DNA of 62,966 bases, counting the filler, from Welwitschia mirabilis (taxonomy: Eukaryota), in the NCBI GenBank assembly GCA_051453625.1. It is 5 parts of one record of this genome, joined end to end, with 100 filler letters (N's around TTAATTAATTAA, not from the genome) between each part and the next. Parts side by side here need not be neighbours in the genome. Positions count along the whole stretch, not along the records: positions 55,153 to 62,966 come from JBOZIK010000001.1; 4 more parts are not named here. One strand, 5' to 3'. The position numbers and the translations under genes were made by a program. The notes below the pieces were generated by a model, which was given only the letters and a program-made list of their open reading frames with translations, was not told the origin of the DNA and made no database searches. The first letter of the stretch is position 1. Every line of letters begins with the position of its first letter. This document shows, one piece after another, positions 55,053 through 62,966 of this stretch.

Positions 55053-55152
55053 NNNNNNNNNNNNNNNNNNNNNNNNNNNNNNNNNNNNNNNNNNNNTTAA
55101 TTAATTAANNNNNNNNNNNNNNNNNNNNNNNNNNNNNNNNNNNNNNNNNNNN

Positions 55153-56170
55153 AATGGGCTCTTCGTTACTTGAAGGAACCCAACATATGAGTTTGTGTTT
55201 TGACGATATTGATTGCATAGTACAGGGTATGCAGATGTTGATTATGTTGGTTGTAGGGATACTAGAAGACCTACTACAGGGTACATTTTTACTCTTGGTG
55301 GTGGAGCTGTTAGCTGGATGTCCCCTCTACAATCTGATGTTGCTATTTCCACTATAGAAGCTAAGTATGTTGCCTTGATAGAAGCTACTAAGGAGATGTT
55401 ATNNNNNNNNNNNNNNNNNNNNNNNNNNNNNNNNNNNNNGTGGTTTTATTGCCTGGTTGCGCCTTGGTCAAACCAAGTTTACTTTGCACTGTAACAGTCA
55501 GAGTGCTATAGATCTAACGAAGAATCATGTTTATCGTGCTAGAACTAAGCACATTGATGTTAAATATCATTTCATTAGACAGAAGATCGAGAAGGCCTGT
55601 TAGATGTTTGGAAAATTCACACGCATGCAAATCATGTTGATTTCCTGACAAAGGTTGTTGATGGCATAAAGCAAAAGGCATGTTGTAATATAGTTGGATC
55701 AGGGACGTGATTGAGAAGCATGGAAGTAGACATCTTTTGGAGTTTCAAAAGAAGCTATTCTTGAAGACTAGCCAAATTTGTCTTCAAGTGGGAGAATGTT
55801 GAAAAAGTGAAGCCAAAATTGTCTTGTTTATATTGTAATGTTATGTTTTAACATCGAAACCCCTTTTTGTAATATTGTAAAAGGACGTTATGTTTTAACT
55901 CTTAGGGGTATTTAAATAAAGAAAAAGAAAAGGAAAGAAAAAGAAGAGAAAGTCTCTAGATTGTCTTGGCTTGAAACCCTACACCTATTTAAAGGTTGCT
56001 TAGGGGTTTGTTTTGTAGTGTAGTTCTTTTGCTTCTTGAATAAGATTACGAGCTCTGCCTGCTTCCCATGGTTTTTCCTGAAAGGGTTTTCCACATAAAT
56101 CTATGTGTGTTGTTCTTGTGCTCGCTGTTTCTTTTTCTTTAGCATTGATTTACAGTAAAGATTCATAACA
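55153..56170 (+). mobile_element. 3' end of Ty1/copia element (Tork/Tnt1-like): RNase H, PPT, 374-bp 3' LTR (55797-56170)
   Basis: PPT AAGTGGGAGAA (55786-55796). LTR TGTTGA...ATAACA with a TATA-like CTATTTAAAG. Confidence 0.9.
55155..55710 (+). pseudogene. Copia pol C-terminus (RT end / RNase H)
   Basis: GYADVDYVGCRDTRRPTTGYIFTLGGGAVSWMS..EAKYVAL..HCNSQSAIDLTKNHVYRARTKHIDVKYHFIR..NHVDFLTKVV. Frameshifted. Confidence 0.93.
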
Positions 56171-56636
56171 AAAAAAATCACTTCATAATAAGTGATTTGT
56201 TGAGACATGCCTTGATTTGAGAAATTCTCAAATAAGGAAATTTAAATGATATTTTTAACAGCAACCACTACCAAGCATTCATATTGCAAGGTTGGAGTTG
56301 ACCCAAGATAAAATGGAAGGCTTGAGAAGTTGTATATCTCTTGAAGTAGTTGAGGACTGGAGATTTGTTTTCATGGGAGATTGTTGAGCATCAAGCTAAA
56401 TACCTTTTTAAAACATTCTCTTATGTTGTTATTCTGCTGTTATAACAGAAAAGAACTTAGGAGTATTTTATGGATTAGGATCTCCCAATCATATATCAAA
56501 AGGAGTAACCTAAGGGCTTCTTAATTGTACAAGAATATTATTTAGTACAAGAATATTATTTAGTACAGAAGGTATCAGAACCATACTAAGTCCTTCTGTA
56601 CATTTTTGTTTTTATTGCTATTGTAAAATCATAACA
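56171..56636 (+). mobile_element. Older copia 3' end with 255-bp LTR (56382-56636)
   Basis: Weak pol tail (LEKFSNKENLNDIF-like), PPT-like ATGGGAGA, then TGTTGAG...CATAACA. Confidence 0.6.
56527..56567 (+). repeat. 18-bp tandem duplication
   Basis: GTACAAGAATATTATTTA x2.3, perfect. Confidence 0.95.
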
Positions 56637-57185
56637 ATTTTTACGAAGTTATCATTAGTTCTGTATCACCATTTATTAGTTGTGACATGTCATCTGATAG
56701 GCTTAAGATGAGTGCCCTCATTGTCACCTTCTTGTCATCTACACTTTTCATTCCTTTAGTTTCTCTACAATAAAATCCCTTTTCACACGTTCTAGGAGAT
56801 CTATAATTATAAAATTTGCATTCTAATTTTCCAATCGAGAGGATTCAAAACAGTACTTTACATTAAAAAAAGGAAACACAAATGGAAATATACAATTTTC
56901 TATATAAATAATTGTCTTGCGCTAAAATAATATTACATAAATACTTTAGTGCAGATGTCTAGTATAGACTTAGACACAGAATACAAAGTCCAATTACAAA
57001 TAATAGTAATAAATAGCATTGCACATAAATAATAATAAAAATAATAATAATATATTTGAGATTGTCATCCTATTGCATTTGACTCACTTCATGAGAAGTT
57101 TTCAAAACTTTGGACTGGGGGCTTTCTTCAAGAATTGAGCAAGAACAGAAGGGAATTTGTAGGGAACAATTAAAAATCTTTAGAG

Positions 57186-57237
57186 AGTTGAAGTCAGATA
57201 TTTCCTTTATTAGTTGAAGTCAGATATTTCCTTTATT
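57186..57237 (+). repeat. 26-bp perfect tandem duplication
   Basis: AGTTGAAGTCAGATATTTCCTTTATT x2. Confidence 0.95.
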
Positions 57238-57317
57238 CAGAATATTAATTAAAAGTGAGTTCTCTCATTCACAATGCATGTGTGCTGCTAGATCTTAGTC
57301 AAATCCAATCTCATCTT

Positions 57318-57484
57318 TGTATAGAATATTTCTTTCCTTTTCATTACAATACACATTAATTAAGTGTTAATTATCTTGTTTAGTTACTGTAACTAGTTAA
57401 TGGCCTATATAGGCTTACATCCTTGGGTCCAAAGTTCACAAGTCTATTAGGAACCTCATCTGGATTGCTCCCTACTTTGTAACA
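57318..57484 (-). mobile_element. Candidate short solo LTR (copia-type)
   Basis: TGT...ACA termini, internal TATATA, and flanks ATCTT / ATATT (4/5 TSD match). Confidence 0.45.
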
Positions 57485-59387
57485 ATATTTAAGGTATTCA
57501 AATCGAGCAGACAGATAAATGGCTAGAAGGGAAGAGAGCATACTAAGATACATGACATGTCATTCATTGCTTTGATCATGTCCTGGTTTTATAAACCAAA
57601 AACTCTGATCCACCGAGACTGATGAATCAACTAAACTATTATTGCATTGATAAACAATGAAATAACACCTCCAAAAGAGTTTGTGATCACAAAACACACA
57701 AAATATAAAACATTATTTTAAACAATGAAATAACAAAAGATAATATAAAAGAGTATATGAACATTTTCCCACAATATAATCGCTTTATTATTTAGTAATT
57801 GGTTTATATTTTATTAAATATAATCAATGGAAAAACAATGAAAATGCAGCTTTCATTATATCAATTAATAGCACTGGAAAAGGTTGTAACCTATTGCATG
57901 AATATGCTATGCTATCATCTTCTATAATATTATCAAGTAAACCAATACAGTAAGAAACGATGTCATTAGGGAAAGAGAAAATACAAGATAATATACTAAA
58001 CAAAATACTATAAAAATAAGAATTCCTAGAAGGGTGGAAAAAAACAGAGAAACAAGTTCAATTAAGGATGCATTCCATGGAGCAATGGCATCGCTCATTT
58101 ATCATGAGAATATGCTGATACACAACACGGTAGATTAGCTCTCACCCTCACAAAAGATTCCAGAGCAAACCCAAACCCCAGAAAACGAGATCTAAATATG
58201 ACACAAAAATAGACATATCACAAATCATTAGATCTAAGACACTAAGCTCAAGGATATGGTTGCTGTGTCATGATGACAACCAAGATAATTCAAAAAAATA
58301 AAAAAAAAATCTAAGAGAATATCTTTTATGACATGCTTGTAGAAACATAACCCAAAAATGGATTACCAAAAAAAAGCAGAGGGTTGGGGTTGGTGGGGGG
58401 AAGAAGAAGGAGAAAACAACATAATCATTCGATACGGTAAAGCCATAAACATCCGTCAAAAAAGACAAATTTTATTTAAGAGAATGCAGCACAATACATT
58501 GGAATAAGAACCTGGCCAATAGCATAGTTGGTTCAAGCCATGTTTATAAGTCAAGAGCTTCAGTGCATTCAGTTTGCATCATGTGCTGGTTGGCTTATGC
58601 ACTACGTCCATGTATTTAAGACACACCTAGACACAGGCCTCAATGTCTTGAGTATGAGTCACAAATAAGACCTACACATTTGGTGACCAGCTCCTTGGCC
58701 GACAGGGGCTACCAAATGGGTTTTCACCCAGCCAAGCAACAAAATGACCTTGGTAAGTGATATACAATTTCCAGTGAATTACCTTCTAGTAAAAATGACA
58801 GCAAAAAAAGAAAAAAGAAAAAAATTAACAATGCTTTTCAACCCCTTAAGTATAAGACTAGCATCAAAAAACAATCAATCAAAGCTTACTTCAATAATGG
58901 CCAGGACTAAATGCAAGGTAGCCCAATATAAAATAAATATAAAAGAAGGGCAGAACAGAACCAAAAAAACAAAGCCAAACGTTTTATTGCTTTGTAAGAG
59001 GAACATGAATCAACATAAAATAAGGTCTTAAACATTTAAATTGAAAACTAGCATCAGAAACAGTTAAATCAAGGCTTGCTAACTAATTACATAGATTACA
59101 TTCCAGGGGACACACTTACTATTCAACTCCATAATGTGCACATGGCACATAGAAATAGGCAACTAAATGTTCATCATGGTAGTGATCACTTGAGGTTATT
59201 GAAAGTCCAACTTCACATCCATAATTTTAATTTTACAACGTGCAAAAACTATAGTAAGAGTCCATTTTGCACTGAAGTTGCCAACAGTGACATGATTATC
59301 TAATAGGGTTATCTAAACTAACACTCCAGTGTGAAGTTAAATAGCATGTGCATTAACAAATTCAAATAACATTACTGCTGAACATAC

Positions 59388-59483
59388 CAGCTTGCATGCT
59401 TTGTCAAGGACAACAACTTGTTGACGGTTACATGTCTTTGAGGATTCCATGAGTAAACATGTGAAGATTAGAATTGTATACCT
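59388..59483 (-). other. Candidate 96-nt internal exon of an unidentified minus-strand transcript
   Basis: Acceptor TTTTCTTCCTTTTGCAG and donor CTG|GTATGT. Phase-0 frame is open: RYTILIFTCLLMESSKTCNRQQVVVLDKACKL. Confidence 0.4.
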
Positions 59484-60269
59484 CTGCAAAAGGAAGAAAA
59501 GCCATGAAAATGTGCAATCCTCTAAAACTTAATTTTTTGGGTATTAATGTGTTAGAAAGGAATACAAAAGAATAATTAACATAAACTCTGAGTTTGATGA
59601 TAACTGATGCAAACACTTTGCCATTGTTAAGAAACTACTGAACTACAATCATGTAAACTTCACGTGTGTAAATCTAGGAAAGTAAGAAATTCCTCTAGGG
59701 TTTTAGCATCATAATTAAATGTCATGCAAGGAAGGGAGGAGGAAGGGAGAGAGAACTGATAGTGCAATCGTTATTCAAAAAAGAACCCCCATATTATTCA
59801 AAATTTCAAACCAAGAATGCTCAAATATCATAAGGATATGTAAGGTGGACACAGATAAATACTAAGTGACCACAAAGCAGGGGAAGGGTGGGTTCCAGAT
59901 TCTATGTAGAAGTATAAAGGCTTTTAGATGGATTTGACTATGACATAGCAAGACTCTAAAATGTATCTCCTCCCACTAAACCTTGATGCCAGATATCAAC
60001 ATTTAGATCAAGAAGTTTACCTACTGCTTACAACTTCCAAGCAAAATTAGTGGAAATGTCTTGCATCATTGAGATTTACCATGATAGGCTCAACCTCTTG
60101 AAAAGTGTGTAATGATGTTGACTCAACACGCATAAATTGTTTGCAAATGATTTTACCTTTTTCTCTTTCCTTTTCTTTCTTTTTTCTCTTGAAGAGGAGG
60201 AGAAAGAAAGAGAATTGGTTGTTAATTCATGGGAAACCATACCACTAGTTTGAAAACCTATGGGTAGCC

Positions 60270-60600
60270 CTTGCTGGCTTGGAAGCTAGCCATCAAATAT
60301 CCAAGTCTCACTTACAATTCACACCCAAGGCATTGAAGCCCGCATCCCAATGAACTTTAACAACATTAGTAGGGACTGCAACCCAAACATGCACACCGTA
60401 GGATTCAAATCCAGGATGTTGAAGCTCACAACTTATAACCTTGGGTTGAGCAAACTACTCTATGTGGTAGTCTCTATAAGAAAGTTTCCACTACAAGGAT
60501 TTGAATGTAGGTTGCCTGAAGCAGGTATCCTAACCAAACTAGACAACAAACAAGCTATTATTGTTTGCTTGTTTGGAAATGTTGAGGCAAAGTTTTGACA
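60270..60600 (-). pseudogene. Probable LINE (L1-type) RNase H remnant
   Basis: HVWVAVPTNVVKVHWDAGFNALGV resembles the plant L1 RNase H motif WxPPxxxxxKxNxDAAF..GV. It is preceded by IIACLLSSLVR. Confidence 0.45.
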
Positions 60601-61320
60601 ATTATGTAAATACACAGGATTTGACAATGATTTAGTGTAGTTCTTATGTACGCTCATGATGCGAAATGGAAACAAAGGCTTATTCAAGGTTGAAATTAGT
60701 GATTGTCATCCTAATGATTTATTGTCGTTGTCCGACAGGATCCACTCTTGCCAATCATATCTTGGGATCCCATCCCAAATTCTAGGGCCTTCCAATTTTA
60801 TTTTCCTAGAGGGGCATCCCAACAATTTTTTAACGTTTGAACGTCCCCAAGTCCCATAGCCTTTTCGTTTCTGTAAGAAAAAAATTTTAATAATATAAAA
60901 AATCTCATTAAAGCGGATGTGATGCCCCTTTTTTTTTTTCTCTCACTTCTCTTGATGTAGTAAACAACCCTATACAACAATACACTCATGGTGGCAATAG
61001 GGTTTTTGACCCTTAAAAGTATATAAATAAATCATAAATAACTTAAAAAATATAGTTTTTTAATTTCAAGCCTTAAAAGATTCTATGCTGTTACCAAAAG
61101 GATGAGTTCTTTCACAAATTCCAGGGACCTCCAAGGAACGGTTATTTCATTTTGTGAGGTTAACTTTTAATGTAACTTTTTAATCTATAGTTAATTTTCT
61201 TCTTAAAGAGCGATTTCGATATTTTACCCTCTAGTTTAAGTTTTCCAAAGTTTGTGTCTCCTTTTACAAAACCTTTCACTGAACATATTATATTTAAAAC
61301 AATTTGACTTGTTAAAATGT

Positions 61321-62889
61321 TGATGCAAGCCCCAAATCAGCTTCAACCCTAGGAGGAACAGACAAACACAACTGATTGGGAAAAGAATATGTTATTCACA
61401 AACAAAAAAACCAAGAACCAGAAATATACAGACTAGTTTACAATAGGAAGACACTCTTTGTTCCCTTACAATGCTTCAGGATCAGAATATATTACAATGG
61501 AATAGAATACCAAGAAACTACAGCCTTTCCTCTTCCAAGGAAACATAAAAATCTTCACCACCTATCTCCTTCTCTAAGGCTTGTATTCTGCTGGCTAGCT
61601 GCTTCTTGGTTTTCTCCCATTTTTGGATGCTAGAAGGTCATTTTATTAGGCTAGAAACTGAAACACTCCGAATTCCATGCATTCTTTAATCCAACTTTCC
61701 CATTGAGTCAACCAGATAATTCAAGTGATTGCATGTTGATAGTCGGGTCAATTGGATAAACACTACAATCACCCAGATGGCTTTAAGATAAACTTCTGGA
61801 ACTTTCATAATAGTTGGGTCAATCAGATAAATATGCAGCAACCGGATAGGCTGTGACAGAAATTAGGAAAGAACATGTTTGAAGACTTTCAGCCCAAACT
61901 GCTTGAAACATCTATACCATAGAAATTATATAACATACAAAATGTACAATGCTATGGAGATGTTCCTGCATCATCCCCTCCACCTTAAAAAAAAGATCAA
62001 AAATTAAGTAATGACAACAATTAAAATTTGAAGAGTTTGCCCTTGATTCAAGTACTACTTATATTTTCCTCTCCTTCTGCTTTTCTCCCTCTCATCAAGA
62101 ATGTAAAGAGGATTTTTTGTTGAGGAACATAGTCCAATCCAACTCTTCACTTGGATCTCCATAGTATGGTTGTAAATCTTTGATGTTGAAAATAGGAAAA
62201 ACATTCACATTCTCAAGTAATTCAAGCTTCTATGTGTTTTCATTGATTTTTTTCCCTCATTTTAGTCGGTCTCATCTTCTTATAGTTTAATTGTTGCCTC
62301 AAGCACGTTGGTAACCTATGCTTCCCAACGTCTCCATGACCAAATCTCCTCCTTGAAATTCTAGAAACTTCTATAGGAATCAACATGCTCCTTTTATTTC
62401 TCATTGTTTTTAGCCATTTCCTTAGCCACAGATTGATGCATACTCATCACATGACTAGCAAAATCATCAACTAAATGAGAAAGGTCATCTACTCTTCCCA
62501 CCAAATCAGATCCTTTTGGATGCGTCCCATAAACTACCTCAAAAGCTGACTTACTGGTAGTTCTGTTGAAGAAATTACTAAGGCAAATTTAGTAAGAGAT
62601 AACTTCTTTTCCCATTGTTTAGGATCGTCTTTGCATAAACACCTTAACAAGTTTTCAAGGCTCCTATGCACAACTTTACTTTGCCCATCCATTTGCGGAT
62701 GATGTGATAAACTCATTTGTAATTGAGTTCCCAATAATGTCCACAAGCCTCCCCTAAAATGAGAGACAAGTTTCAGACTCCTGTCACTAACAGTACTTGA
62801 AGGCATACCATGCAATCTCAAACTTTCCTAAAAGAACACTCTAGCAACATGTGATGCATCAATGGTCTTTGCACAAGGGGTAAAATGTG
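61321..62889 (-). mobile_element. 3' portion of CRM-like Ty3/gypsy element: integrase, PPT, 653-bp 3' LTR
   Basis: LTR 61321-61973 has perfect TGATGCA/TGCATCA termini. PPT AAGGTGGAGGGGA (61974-61986). Integrase lies upstream. Confidence 0.85.
62160..62889 (-). pseudogene. Gypsy integrase core and C-terminal remnant
   Basis: HFTPCAKTIDASHVARVFF..RLHGMPSSTVSDR..HHPQMDGQSKVVHRSLENLLRCL..FEVVYG..GDLV..IFNIKDLQPYY (ORF 62534-62821). Frameshifted. Confidence 0.92.
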
Positions 62890-62966
62890 ATACCCTAAAT
62901 TTCATAGTTGAAACTTCAAGACTTACTTTATCACTTTGATACCAAAATTTCATCCACTAGACTCAA

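Noticed and set aside
56527..57237. Short direct repeats as CRISPR or satellite
   Set aside because: Only two adjacent copies each, with no spacers. They are simple tandem duplications in a eukaryotic context.
60706..60870. Possible terminal exon after TTTTCTTACAG (KRKGYGTWGR...WQEWILSD)
   Set aside because: No recognisable protein similarity. It is rich in GGGAC/GGGAT-CCC motifs that look more like a non-autonomous DNA transposon remnant. A stop here also conflicts with the downstream candidate exon. Neither reading is supportable.
306..61633. Numerous 60-95 aa F/I/L/K-rich ORFs
   Set aside because: These are low-complexity products of AT-rich TE or intronic DNA, with no conserved motifs apart from those assigned to TE domains.

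Overview
This is a very AT-rich plant genomic window from a gapped assembly. Positions ~1-56.6 kb are almost entirely nested, heavily C>T/G>A-decayed LTR retrotransposons. They include two near-full-length Athila-like Ty3/gypsy elements lying tail-to-tail (A + 0.8-12.7 kb; B - 12.7-23.4 kb), several partial copies, and non-autonomous relatives in which RT/RNaseH/most of integrase is replaced by a shared unknown ~0.5-1 kb segment. There are also three termini of a younger Athila-like subfamily, a Sirevirus-like copia LTR+gag and two copia 3' ends. Positions 56.6-61.3 kb are less decayed, low-repeat and intron-like (minus strand), with one candidate exon, a small solo LTR and a probable LINE RNase H remnant. 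The window ends in a CRM-like gypsy integrase plus 3' LTR. I found no intact protein-coding gene, RNA gene or CRISPR array. The four N-embedded TTAATTAATTAA motifs are artificial scaffold spacers. All alignments and translations were done by eye, so internal domain coordinates are approximate.
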